Program-made: the position numbers and the translations under genes
The notes under the pieces: generated by a model
Seen by the model: only the letters and a program-made list of their open reading frames with translations
Told to the model about the DNA's origin: nothing
Databases searched by the model: none
Origin: Limisphaerales bacterium
GTDB lineage: Bacteria > Verrucomicrobiota > Verrucomicrobiia > Limisphaerales > UBA11358
Direction of reading: 5' to 3'
Length of the DNA: 59,113 bases
Assembly (NCBI GenBank): GCA_003134375.1
Contig: PLAY01000151.1
Location: 1-59,113 of the forward strand
In this document: piece by piece, positions 18,065 to 27,821 of the stretch
Layout: the number at the start of each line of letters is the position of its first letter
Position numbering within the stretch: the stretch's first letter is position 1

Positions 18065-21000
18065 CTAAACCATTTTTCCAAAAGGAATAACCAGGCACAC
18101 GATCGTTCCACCCCCGGTTCCGGGGCTGATCGAAAATTCTCCGTGAATATCTTCCATTCGCTTGCGCATGTTGCGAAGTCCGTTTCTCGTCGGTGTCGCA
18201 TTTGCGTCCCGACCACCCAGGCCGCGCCCGTTGTCTTCAATGCTCAACGTAAAATTGCCGGGCGGCAATTGCAATCGCACCCGGACTTCGGACGCTTGCG
18301 CGTGTTTGACCACGTTGTTGACGGCTTCCTTGAAGGCGAGAAAAATGTTGTGGCGGACTTCCGGCGGAATGGTGATCGCCGGCAATTGGGCTGGCACATC
18401 CGCGCGGTAACGCAATCCGGCCAGCGCGAGATATTCCTGCGCGTATTTGCAGACGTAATTGACCAGGCCCTCCAGCGTGTCGTTGGAAGGATTGACCGCC
18501 CAGACGATTTCGTCGAGGGAACGGGTTGTTTCGCGCGCGGTCTGGGAAATCTGCCGGGCGTGTGATTCAATTTCCGCCGGGGAATGCTTGTCAGCTTCCG
18601 CCATTTCGCTCAACAGCGCCACCTGCGTGAGATTCGCTCCCAGCTGGTCGTGCAGGTCGCGGGCGATGCGAAAACGTTCCTTTTCCAGCGCCTCCTGTTG
18701 TTCGAGCAATTGCAACTGGCGCCGCAGCTTTTGCGTGGAAAGATAACGCACCACGGCAACGACGATTCCCGCCAGGCACAAGCTTGCGGCAGTGCGAAAC
18801 CACCAAGTCTGCCAGAACTGGGGCTGCACCGTCACGTTGAGAACCCCGCCGGTTTCGTTCCACACACCGTCTTCATTGCCGGCAATGACGTGAAAACGAT
18901 AATTCCCCGGCGGCACTTTGTTGTAATGAGCCACGCGCGTGTCACCGGCTTCAGTCCATGCGGTCTCGTGACCTTCCAAACGATATTTGAAACGCACTTC
19001 CCCGGGCGCGGAAAAATTCAAGGCCGTGTAATGAATTTCCAATTGTTCATGACCGGGCGGAATCGTGACGGACGGATGCCAGGCCGAACCCAACCGATTT
19101 GTTTTTTGCTCCCGGCCCTCGACGAGCACGGATTCAATCATGACCAGCGGCGGCTGGCGATTGGGCCGGAGGTTCGCCGGGTTCATTGACACCAAACCTT
19201 TGATGGTGGGAAACCATAATATGCCGTCCCGTGTGCGACACGCAGCGGGTTGTGAACCGGCCGAACATTCGCGCGTCGGCAGTCCGTCGGTTTCGACATA
19301 AGTCCGGCACGAAATGAGGCTCGCCGGTTCATTGGCAAAATCGTTCAGCGATTGTTTTTGAATTCGCATCAATCCCGCATTGGAGCCGATCCATAAACAA
19401 CCCCCGTCGTCTTCGATGATGTAATCAATGCTGTTGCTGGTGATCCCGTTGTCCGTCGAATAACGAGTCCACTTTCCCTTGTAAAAACGGGCCAGACCGT
19501 GTCCGGAGGTTCCCACCCACAAGACACCGTCCCGATCCAGATAAAGACAGGAAATATCGTTGCCGGGCAATCCGCCTTCCTCTTTTTGATAGGAAATAAA
19601 TTTCCCGGCTTTGAAAAAATCCAGTCCGCGGCTTTCCGTTCCAATCCAAAGATTGCCTTCGGCATCCTCCGCGATGGCACGAACCACGAGGCCATCCGGG
19701 GTTGTGTAAATCTTCCAGTCTTCTCCGTTCCAGCGCGCCAGACCGTTCTGGGTGCCCGCCCACAGCCATCCCTGGTGATCTTCGAACAAGGCGAAGATTT
19801 GCGGGCCAAGGATTTCCGCGCCGGGCGCGGGTTGAAAATGATTGGTTTGAAATTGGAAGAGTCCTTCGCCGCGAGTGCCGGCCCAGACCTGCTGTTTGCG
19901 GTCCACCAGAATCGTCCAGGCATTGGAACCCCAGCCCACACCGAAATCTTGCGCGAAATCAGCGAGCCAATAGGTCACACCATGTGCGTTAAAGGCCGCC
20001 CATAAACCGCCTTGATCGTCCCCGTTCAACGATTGTGCGTTCCAGGGATGAATTTTGTCCGGCGGGTTAATGACTTTTCTTTTGATTCGATCCAGCCCGT
20101 CACCATCGGTTCCCACCCAGAGATTCCCCTGATTATCCAGGCACAGCGAATAAACATGTGCGGATGACAATCCCTGTTCCTTGGAGATTTGCCGGTATTT
20201 TCCGTCCGTCTCATACCAAAAAACGCCCGCGCCCATCGTGCCGACAATCAAGTTGCCAGCCTGGTCTTCACCGGCCGAGGTGACGGTTGCATTGCCCCAC
20301 GGATAGGGTCCAAAATCCTTTTCGCGTTGAGTGGCATTCCACTTCTGAACCCGTCCATCCATCAGCCGCCAGGTGCCGCCGCGTTGCCCGGCGAGAATAA
20401 AATCGAGCCGGCGCGCTTGAAGGGACTGGTCAATGACGAGGGTCGGCGGATGGAAATTGGATGGGCGAAATGAAAGCATTTGTCCCCCTGGCTCGCCAAC
20501 GGCATATTCACCGATCCAGAGCGGCCCGGATTTTTCAGCAATCAGCATGCGGCAGATGGCGAGGGGATTGGGGTTGGGATTCAGATTCAGGGTTTCAAGC
20601 TTTCCGTCCTGGTAACGGCCCAGATGAGCATCCGCCGTGTAGAGCCATACCGCGCCGGCGGCGTCTTCACAGGCCGACAGCAGCCGCCCTTCATGGCCAG
20701 CGCGCCCGAGGTCAAAACTTTTGACTTTCCCATCCTGTACCAAGGCCACACCCGCTGCGTCCGTTCCGATCCACAGATTCGTGTGACTGTCTTCAAACAG
20801 ATAAACGATCCGGTCACTGTTCAAACCCGGCGTGTTGTATTGGTTGAAAACAGTGAAACGGTTTCCGTCAAAACGCACCAGGCCGTTGAGCGTGCCGAGC
20901 CAGAGATAACCATCCCGGGTTTGAATCACGGAGATGACGGCGTTTTCCGGAAGCCCTTCCTTGCTGGTCCAAACATCCACAATGAACGGCAAACCGGACT

Positions 21001-21091
21001 GGTCGGCCGCGCCCGCCGGCGTGGGTAAAATAAAGGAACCAACGCACAGCAACAGCCAGGCGAATTCCAGCTTCCAATGGTTCTTCGGCAT
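18065..21091 (-). CDS. Sensor histidine kinase with beta-propeller (Reg_prop) repeats and Y_Y_Y domain, HisKA_3 type
   Basis: Repeated D..G.LW.GT motifs, YRLEG...W, RIARDLHD, EAVNNVVKHA, DNGRG. Confidence 0.95.
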   Translation of the reverse strand: MPKNHWKLEFAWLLLCVGSFILPTPAGAADQSGLPFIVDVWTSKEGLPENAVISVIQTRDGYLWLGTLNGLVRFDGNRFTVFNQYNTPGLNSDRIVYLFEDSHTNLWIGTDAAGVALVQDGKVKSFDLGRAGHEGRLLSACEDAAGAVWLYTADAHLGRYQDGKLETLNLNPNPNPLAICRMLIAEKSGPLWIGEYAVGEPGGQMLSFRPSNFHPPTLVIDQSLQARRLDFILAGQRGGTWRLMDGRVQKWNATQREKDFGPYPWGNATVTSAGEDQAGNLIVGTMGAGVFWYETDGKYRQISKEQGLSSAHVYSLCLDNQGNLWVGTDGDGLDRIKRKVINPPDKIHPWNAQSLNGDDQGGLWAAFNAHGVTYWLADFAQDFGVGWGSNAWTILVDRKQQVWAGTRGEGLFQFQTNHFQPAPGAEILGPQIFALFEDHQGWLWAGTQNGLARWNGEDWKIYTTPDGLVVRAIAEDAEGNLWIGTESRGLDFFKAGKFISYQKEEGGLPGNDISCLYLDRDGVLWVGTSGHGLARFYKGKWTRYSTDNGITSNSIDYIIEDDGGCLWIGSNAGLMRIQKQSLNDFANEPASLISCRTYVETDGLPTRECSAGSQPAACRTRDGILWFPTIKGLVSMNPANLRPNRQPPLVMIESVLVEGREQKTNRLGSAWHPSVTIPPGHEQLEIHYTALNFSAPGEVRFKYRLEGHETAWTEAGDTRVAHYNKVPPGNYRFHVIAGNEDGVWNETGGVLNVTVQPQFWQTWWFRTAASLCLAGIVVAVVRYLSTQKLRRQLQLLEQQEALEKERFRIARDLHDQLGANLTQVALLSEMAEADKHSPAEIESHARQISQTARETTRSLDEIVWAVNPSNDTLEGLVNYVCKYAQEYLALAGLRYRADVPAQLPAITIPPEVRHNIFLAFKEAVNNVVKHAQASEVRVRLQLPPGNFTLSIEDNGRGLGGRDANATPTRNGLRNMRKRMEDIHGEFSISPGTGGGTIVCLVIPFGKMV

Positions 21092-21341
21092 ATTTGATTG
21101 TTCGAATGATGCGAACCGGATGCAAGGATGTTTGAAAAACAATACGAACCCAATACTGAAGATGGAAATTATTTTTCCAAAATCACTTGCCAGACCGCCG
21201 CGATGGGTTAGGTTTGCCCTGCCCGATGAGAACTGGGCGTGTGGCGGGTGTGGGCGATATTAAATCGTGTGTGATTGCCCCGCCCGCCCGTTTTTTTGCC
21301 CCGCCTTCGGGAGGAGGATTCGCCCCCTCGGTCGTCATGAC

Positions 21342-21377
21342 AAAATAAAAACCCCCAAGCCGTCCGGCTTGGGGGTT
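21342..21377 (-). terminator. Rho-independent terminator after fba
   Basis: 12-bp stem AACCCCCAAGCC / GGCTTGGGGGTT with a T-rich tail on the minus strand. Confidence 0.85.
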
Positions 21378-21394
21378 GGTGCAGAATCCGGGTT

Positions 21395-22357
21395 TTAATC
21401 AAAGGCATGACCGGCGCAGCACAAAACGTTTTTGACTTTGTGCCGGACCAAATCCTTGACACAAGCGCGTGCCGGGCCGAGGTATTTGCGCGGATCGAAT
21501 TCCTTCGGATTTTCCGAGAAAACCTTGCGGATGCCGGCGGTCATGGCCAGACGCAGGTCGGTGTCAATGTTGACCTTTGTGCAACCCACGCGGCGCGCGA
21601 CCTCGATGTCGGCTTCCGGCACGCCTTGGGCATCGGGCATCTTGCCACCGTATTTGTTGATCTCGTCCACGAGATATTTGGGGACGCTGGAAGCGCCATG
21701 CAGCACCAGCGGATAATCACCCATGCCGGCGTCCATGAGCGCTTTCTTGATCAATTTCAAACGTTCCAAATCCAGGTGCTGTTCCCCCTTGAACTTGAAA
21801 GCGCCATGGGAGTTGCCAATGGCGACGGCGAGCGAATCGCAGCCGGTTTCCTTGACGAATTTGATGGCTTCGTCCGGGTTGGTGTAATGACCACTGGTGG
21901 AATGGCCGCCGCCTTCCTCGCCTTCGTCGAATTGCGCGCCGACCAGGTGGCCGAGTTCGCCTTCGACGGAGCAGTTGAATTTGTGCGCGTAGTCCACAAC
22001 CTTTTTACAAATCTCGACGTTCTTGTCGAACGGTTCGTGGCTGGCGTCAATCATCACGCTGGTGAAACCTTCGTCAATGCACTGTTTGCACAGTTCGAAG
22101 GTGTCGCCGTGGTCCAAATGGACGGTGATGGGGATGTTGGACAGGCTGATCGCCGCCTCGATGAGTTTTTTGAGATAGACCGGGTTGGCATATTGGCGGG
22201 CGCCTTTGGAGATTTGGAGGATCAACGGCGCTTTTTCCTCTTCGCAGGCCTCAACGATGGCTTGGATTAACTCCATATTGTTGACGTTGAACGCGCCAAG
22301 CGCGTATTTACCCTTCAACGCCTTTGCAAACAGCTCTTTGGTATGTGTCAGTGGCAT
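21395..22357 (-). CDS. fba: Class II fructose-1,6-bisphosphate aldolase
   Basis: GAFNVNN, VHLDHG, VEGELG, LVLHGAS and KVNIDTD motifs. Confidence 0.97.
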   Translation of the reverse strand: MPLTHTKELFAKALKGKYALGAFNVNNMELIQAIVEACEEEKAPLILQISKGARQYANPVYLKKLIEAAISLSNIPITVHLDHGDTFELCKQCIDEGFTSVMIDASHEPFDKNVEICKKVVDYAHKFNCSVEGELGHLVGAQFDEGEEGGGHSTSGHYTNPDEAIKFVKETGCDSLAVAIGNSHGAFKFKGEQHLDLERLKLIKKALMDAGMGDYPLVLHGASSVPKYLVDEINKYGGKMPDAQGVPEADIEVARRVGCTKVNIDTDLRLAMTAGIRKVFSENPKEFDPRKYLGPARACVKDLVRHKVKNVLCCAGHAFD

Positions 22358-22532
22358 AAGTTTTCGAATTTGATCGTCGTTATCAACCAACCGGGATTTC
22401 CCCGATGGGAAGGAATAATAATGCAACTTTTCCGAAAGGAAACAAAAAACGCGGCCTTCCACCCACCAACCGTTGCCAAAATTTGGCAATAAATTGCCTT
22501 GCGATTTCGCGTCTTTGGGCGAAAAGAAGTCC

Positions 22533-25500
22533 GTGCAAGCGCATTTTCTCCTCGGTCCGGCCGGCAGCGGCAAGACATTTCGCTGTCTGGCGGAAATCCG
22601 GGCCGCCCTGGCGGCATCGCCGGAAGGCCCGCCGCTGGTTCTGCTTGCGCCCAAGCAGGCGACGTTTCAACTCGAACGCCAGCTGCTCGCCGATGGCGCT
22701 CCGCAAGGGTACACGCGCCTGAACATTTTTTCGTTCGAGCGGCTCGCGCGGTTCGCCCTCGACGCGCTCGATGTCCCGATGCCATCGGGATTGCTCGCCG
22801 AGGAAGGACGCGTGATGGTCTTGCACGCCCTGTTGATGCGGCTCGAAAGCGAATTGAAATTATTTCGCTCCAGTGCCCGCCGTCCCGGTTTTGCCCAACA
22901 GCTCAGCCAGTTGCTCGGCGAACTGCAACAGCATCAATTTACGCCAGCCAGGCTTCGGGCGCTGTCCGCCCGCCCCGATTTGCGCCGTGAATTGCAGGAC
23001 AAACTCCACGACCTCGCGCTCCTGTTCGAGGCCTATACAAACTGGCTCGCCGAAAACGAATTGCAGGACGGAAACCGCCTGCTCGACGCGGCTACCGACG
23101 CCTTGCGTTCGACTCTCGACCCTCGACCCTCGACCCTCGACTTTCAAAGCTTGTGGCTCGACGGTTTTGCGGAAATGACGCCGCAGGAACTGGATTTGCT
23201 CGCCGCCGTCGTCCCGTTTTGCGGTCGCGTGACACTGGCGTTTTGCCTGGAAAACGAACCCGCCGCCGAAACTTCCTGGCTCTCCATCTGGTCGTCCATC
23301 GGCAAAATCTTTCAACAGTGCCGCCAGCGCCTCGCCAGCGCACCGGATTGCGAAGTCAGCGTCGAATTGCTCGGACGCAAATCACCAAATCGTTTCTCGA
23401 ATAATCCAACTTTGCAGCACTTGGAAGCAAACTGGGCAATACCCCGTCTGCCCTCAACCGCCAGATCCCAAACGCCAATCTCCACCATCCGCCTTGCCGC
23501 CTGCGCCAATCCCGGGGCGGAGGCCGTTTTTGCCGCGCGCGAGATTTTGCGCTTCGTCCGCCACGGCGGGCGTTTTCGCGATGCCGCCGTGCTCGTGCGC
23601 AGCCTCGACGGCTACCACAAACCGCTGGCGCGCGCGTTTCGCCGCTACGGAATTCCATTCTTTCTCGACCGGCGGGAATTCATGGCGCATCACCCCCTGG
23701 CGGAACTGACCCGCAGCGCGCTCCGCACGATCACGTTCGACTGGCCGCACAATGACTGGTTTGCCGCGCTCAAGGCCGGTTTTTCGCCGGTGGACGAGGC
23801 CGAAGTTGACCGGCTTGAAAATGAAGCACTCGCCCGCGGCTGGCGCGGCGCAGAATGGCGGGAACCCTTTCAAATCGCAGAAAACCCCGAATTGTCCAAG
23901 TTCCTCGAACGGCTGCGCAAAATAATTTTGCCGCCCTTTCAAAATTTTGCCGCGCAACTCGCGCGTTGGGAAAACAAGCCAAACGGCGGGCAACTGGCCA
24001 ACGCCCTGCGCGAGTTTTGGTCAGAGATGAAAGTTGAACCGACCTTGGAAAGCTGGAGCCTGGCCGACCCGGGGCACTCGTCACTCGTCACTCGTCACTC
24101 GTCACTTCACCTGACCGTTTGGGAGCAAATGAATGCGTGGCTCGACAACGTCGCCCTCGCGTTTTCAGACGAGGCGCTGCCATTGCGCGACTGGCTGCCG
24201 ATTTTGGAAGCCGGTCTGGCGAACCTGACCGTCGGCGTCATCCCGCCCGCGCTGGATCAGGTCCTCATCGGCGCCATTGACCGCGCGCGCAATCCCGATT
24301 TGAAGCTCGCATTCGTGCTCGGCGTGAACGAATCGGTTTTTCCCGCCGCGCCGGCCGCGCCAACGATTTTGACGGACGCCGACCGTGATGAATTGAGACA
24401 ATGCGCCGGCGCGCCCGGACCTGATTTACGCGAACGCCTCGCGCGCGAGCGTTATCTCGGCTACATCGCCTGCACGCGCGCCAGCGAAAGACTCGTCGTG
24501 ACTTTTTCGCGCCACGACGCGGATGGCAAGACGCTGAATCCATCGCCGTTCATCGCGCATCTGCGCCGGATTTTCCCCGGACTCGACATCGAAGAGTCCA
24601 GCGGAGAAAGCAAATTGGCCGATGCGGAACACGTGAGCGAAATCGTTCCGGCAATGGTCGAAATGCAGGAGAAAGGTGAGAGCCGTAGTGAAACCCCTCT
24701 CCCGGTCCCGCTTTGCGCGGACCACCCTCTCCCCGCTTGGCGGGGAGAGGGCTGGGGCGAGGGGCACGTTGAAAACTGGGATGAATTGTTAAAACTTCCC
24801 ATCGTTGCTTCATTGGCCGAAAGCCTGCGCGCTTTGCGCGAGCCAGATTCGACGGAAAGTTTATCGCCCGTGCTGGCGGAAAAACTTTTTGGCCCGACCC
24901 TGCGCTCCTCGGTGAGCCGGCTCGAGGAATTTGCCCAATGTCCGTTCCGGTTTTTCGTTCATTCCGGCCTGCGCGCCGAGGAGCGGAAGGTTTTTGAGCT
25001 GGATGTGCGCGAGCAGGGCAGTTTTCAGCACGAGGTTTTGAAAATGTTTCACGAGCAATTGAGCGCCGAAAACAAACGCTGGCACGACATCACACCAACG
25101 GAAGCGCGCGAACGCGTGGGCAAAATCGCCGCGGTGCTCGCGTTGAATTACCGCGACGGCTTGTTGCGCACCGACGAGCAGAGCCGGTTCACCGCGCGCG
25201 TGCTGGCGGAATCGTTGCAGGATTTTGTCGAAACACTGGTGACCTGGATGCGCGGACAATATGAATTTGACCCGGGGGTGGCCGAACTCGCATTTGGTTT
25301 CGGTCCCGGCGGCGCGCCCACGTGGGAAATTGATTTGGGCGCGGGACACCGGCTTGCGCTCCGGGGCCGGATTGACCGCATTGATTTGTGCCGCGAAACC
25401 GATGGCCGCGCGTTGTGCGTGGTGATGGATTACAAATCCGGCCAGAATAAACTCGATAAAGTCCTGATCGAACACGGCGTGCAACTGCAATTGCTGACGT

Positions 25501-26162
25501 ATCTGGCGGCAATCCGAAGCTGGCCGCCGGAAGTTTGGGCGGAATTGAATCTGCCCGCCATTTTCTCCCCCCCGATTAACCTCCTGGGAGCGCCGGCGTC
25601 TCGCCGGCTAGTCGGGAGTCGAAAACCGGAACTTGCCGGCGAGACGCCAGCGCTCCCAGGGAATGCGCCCCGGTTCAGGAGTTCAAAGCACGAATTCTTT
25701 CGGGGAATCTCTCCCGTCGGCGTCTTTTACGTGAACCTGCGCGGGCAATATGAAGGCGGCAACACGCGCGATGAGGTGCTGGCGGACGTGGACGCCGCGC
25801 GCAAACTGGCCTATCGTCACACCGGCCGTTTTGACGCAAGTTTTTTGGGCAAGTTAGACGACCGTCCGAATGTGCGGTGCGGCGACCAGTTTAATTACAA
25901 CCGCAACCACGACGGCTCATTGCGCAAAGGTTCGACTGAGGCGCTGCCCCGGGCCGAATTTGAAAAGTTGCTCGACCACGTTGAAGCACAGTTGCAGGAA
26001 ATGGGACGGGCGATTTTTTCCGGCGCGGCGCGGGTGGATCCGTATCGCAAGGGCCATGAAACACCGTGTGAATTTTGTGATTACCGCCCCGTGTGCCGGA
26101 TTGACCCGTGGACACACCGGTATCGCGTGTTGCGTCCGTCGGCGGAGAAAGCTATTCGATAA
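22533..26162 (+). CDS. addB: AddB/RexB-like helicase-nuclease subunit
   Basis: GPAGSGKT Walker A; SVSRLEEFAQCPF; RGRIDRID...DYKSG nuclease motifs; C-terminal CEFCDYRPVC Fe-S motif; GTG start at 22533. Confidence 0.9.
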   Translation: MQAHFLLGPAGSGKTFRCLAEIRAALAASPEGPPLVLLAPKQATFQLERQLLADGAPQGYTRLNIFSFERLARFALDALDVPMPSGLLAEEGRVMVLHALLMRLESELKLFRSSARRPGFAQQLSQLLGELQQHQFTPARLRALSARPDLRRELQDKLHDLALLFEAYTNWLAENELQDGNRLLDAATDALRSTLDPRPSTLDFQSLWLDGFAEMTPQELDLLAAVVPFCGRVTLAFCLENEPAAETSWLSIWSSIGKIFQQCRQRLASAPDCEVSVELLGRKSPNRFSNNPTLQHLEANWAIPRLPSTARSQTPISTIRLAACANPGAEAVFAAREILRFVRHGGRFRDAAVLVRSLDGYHKPLARAFRRYGIPFFLDRREFMAHHPLAELTRSALRTITFDWPHNDWFAALKAGFSPVDEAEVDRLENEALARGWRGAEWREPFQIAENPELSKFLERLRKIILPPFQNFAAQLARWENKPNGGQLANALREFWSEMKVEPTLESWSLADPGHSSLVTRHSSLHLTVWEQMNAWLDNVALAFSDEALPLRDWLPILEAGLANLTVGVIPPALDQVLIGAIDRARNPDLKLAFVLGVNESVFPAAPAAPTILTDADRDELRQCAGAPGPDLRERLARERYLGYIACTRASERLVVTFSRHDADGKTLNPSPFIAHLRRIFPGLDIEESSGESKLADAEHVSEIVPAMVEMQEKGESRSETPLPVPLCADHPLPAWRGEGWGEGHVENWDELLKLPIVASLAESLRALREPDSTESLSPVLAEKLFGPTLRSSVSRLEEFAQCPFRFFVHSGLRAEERKVFELDVREQGSFQHEVLKMFHEQLSAENKRWHDITPTEARERVGKIAAVLALNYRDGLLRTDEQSRFTARVLAESLQDFVETLVTWMRGQYEFDPGVAELAFGFGPGGAPTWEIDLGAGHRLALRGRIDRIDLCRETDGRALCVVMDYKSGQNKLDKVLIEHGVQLQLLTYLAAIRSWPPEVWAELNLPAIFSPPINLLGAPASRRLVGSRKPELAGETPALPGNAPRFRSSKHEFFRGISPVGVFYVNLRGQYEGGNTRDEVLADVDAARKLAYRHTGRFDASFLGKLDDRPNVRCGDQFNYNRNHDGSLRKGSTEALPRAEFEKLLDHVEAQLQEMGRAIFSGAARVDPYRKGHETPCEFCDYRPVCRIDPWTHRYRVLRPSAEKAIR

Positions 26163-26294
26163 TTCATGCGTTTCATAAAGCGGACAAGCGCCGCCGTCGC
26201 CAGTTGCCAGGCCCGACTCCGCCGCCGTCCAAAGACCAAGACAGTCGCAACTTCACCCCTTGCGCTTTCCGTCCACTGGAGATAAACTATTCGC

Positions 26295-26903
26295 ATGAAT
26301 GCCATCAATCCAAATAATATCATTACGAATTTTCTGACCGCCGAGCATGCCCTGTTTTGCGAGTTGTTTGACGAGATTGACCGGCTCCTGCCTGACGCGC
26401 GGACGGCGGCCGAGGTGCGGCTGCTCAGCCGGCTGGTCGAAGGGGTGCTCTCCCGCCATGCCGATGTGGAACAGAATCTGGCCTATGCGGCGCTGGACCA
26501 GGCCCTGGCGGAAAAGGGCGAATTGAATCAACTGTACCAGGACCATGAGGAGATTGATGCGTGCCTTCACCACGCCACGTTGGCTGAGGAGTTCACCGAG
26601 GCGATGCGGTTCCTGCGGGCGGGGCTTAAGACTTCCCGCGAGCATTTTCGCCGGGAGGAGGAAACGGTTTTCCCGCTTTTCGAGAAACTGTTTGATCCCG
26701 CGACTCTGGAAGCTTTGGGGGCCGGGGCATCCGGCAACGCACCGCCTCTGTGGCCACACGGCTTCGAGAACGCACTGCGCGGCCGATTATGGAATCCAGA
26801 GTATTGCTATCAGTCGGCCCTGTCGGCTGAGCCTGCCCCGCGCCACCATCCCCGGCGTGCGGACCTTCGCCACCACAAAGGAGCCAGTCCCGACAATGGA
26901 TAA
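26295..26903 (+). CDS. Hemerythrin (HHE) domain protein
   Basis: EH...RH...E...HEEI...EHFRREEE.VFP pattern. Confidence 0.8.
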   Translation: MNAINPNNIITNFLTAEHALFCELFDEIDRLLPDARTAAEVRLLSRLVEGVLSRHADVEQNLAYAALDQALAEKGELNQLYQDHEEIDACLHHATLAEEFTEAMRFLRAGLKTSREHFRREEETVFPLFEKLFDPATLEALGAGASGNAPPLWPHGFENALRGRLWNPEYCYQSALSAEPAPRHHPRRADLRHHKGASPDNG

Positions 26904-26949
26904 TTTTTATTTGACCCTTTTCGGACACGAAGCACTGTTTGTTGAAATC

Positions 26950-27504
26950 ATGAAAGCGAGGATTAACTGGTTCGCGCTCGGCGCGCTGATTTTGGCTGTG
27001 GGCAGCAATGCCTCGCAGACCAACAACGTCGCGGCCACGCCTGCAACCGCCAACTCAACCACGAATCGAACCATGAAATTTCCAGTCACCAAAACCGACG
27101 CGGAATGGCGCCAGGAATTGACACCGGAACAATATCGAGTGCTGCGTCAGGCCGACACGGAGCGGCCGTTCACCGGCAAGTATTGGAACACCAGGGAGCC
27201 GGGGGTTTACCGCTGCGCAGCCTGCGGGGAAATCATTTTTACCTCGGACACCAAGTTCGACTCCGGCTGCGGCTGGCCGAGTTTTTATGATCTGGCCGCG
27301 GAAAAAAAAGTCATTCTGCGCGAGGATGACAGTTTCGGCATGCACCGCACGGAGGTGCTGTGCGCGCATTGCGGCAGCCACCTCGGCCACCTTTTCAATG
27401 ACGGCCCGAAACCCACCGGCTTGCGTTACTGCATCAACTCGGCATCGCTGAATTTTGAAAAAACCAATCCGCCGCCGGAATCAAAGCCGGGAGGGAAAAA
27501 GTAA
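26950..27504 (+). CDS. msrB: Peptide-methionine (R)-S-oxide reductase with signal peptide
   Basis: TERPFTG, CAAC, KFDSGCGWPSF, HLGHLF.DGP and RYCINS motifs. Confidence 0.96.
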   Translation: MKARINWFALGALILAVGSNASQTNNVAATPATANSTTNRTMKFPVTKTDAEWRQELTPEQYRVLRQADTERPFTGKYWNTREPGVYRCAACGEIIFTSDTKFDSGCGWPSFYDLAAEKKVILREDDSFGMHRTEVLCAHCGSHLGHLFNDGPKPTGLRYCINSASLNFEKTNPPPESKPGGKK

Positions 27505-27559
27505 AACATCCACATTCATCTGATTGTGCCGCGACGAGTCTATTTTTGTTTCACATCCT

Positions 27560-27709
27560 CCCTCATCCCGGCCTTCTCCCCAAGGAGAAGGAGAATTGTC
27601 CGCCGTCCCTTTGAAAATCCGTGCGACTGGATTTGCGGGCGCTCATTCGCAAAACCAGAATTGTCCAATAGCTATTTCCTCTCCTGGGGGAGAGGATAAA
27701 AGGTGAGGG
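27560..27709. repeat. Intergenic palindromic repeat (CCCTC...CCTTCTCCC / GGGAGAGG...GAGGG family)
   Basis: Two hairpin modules in inverted arrangement between convergent msrB and recQ; same family as the in-frame insert in addB at 24725-24764. Confidence 0.75.
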
Positions 27710-27821
27710 TGGGCGTAAAACACAAATTTCATCCACTCAAGCCATCCATCCCGAAATGATTTCAGGAATTTGTTTCCCTTCCGCCTTTGCCGCGATTAGG
27801 TAAGGTACATCGTCGCTACGC

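Noticed and set aside
21407-22270. Long antisense ORFs opposite ffh, fba, recQ, carB, the kinases and others
   Set aside because: Shadow frames expected from high-GC codon bias; no independent motifs.
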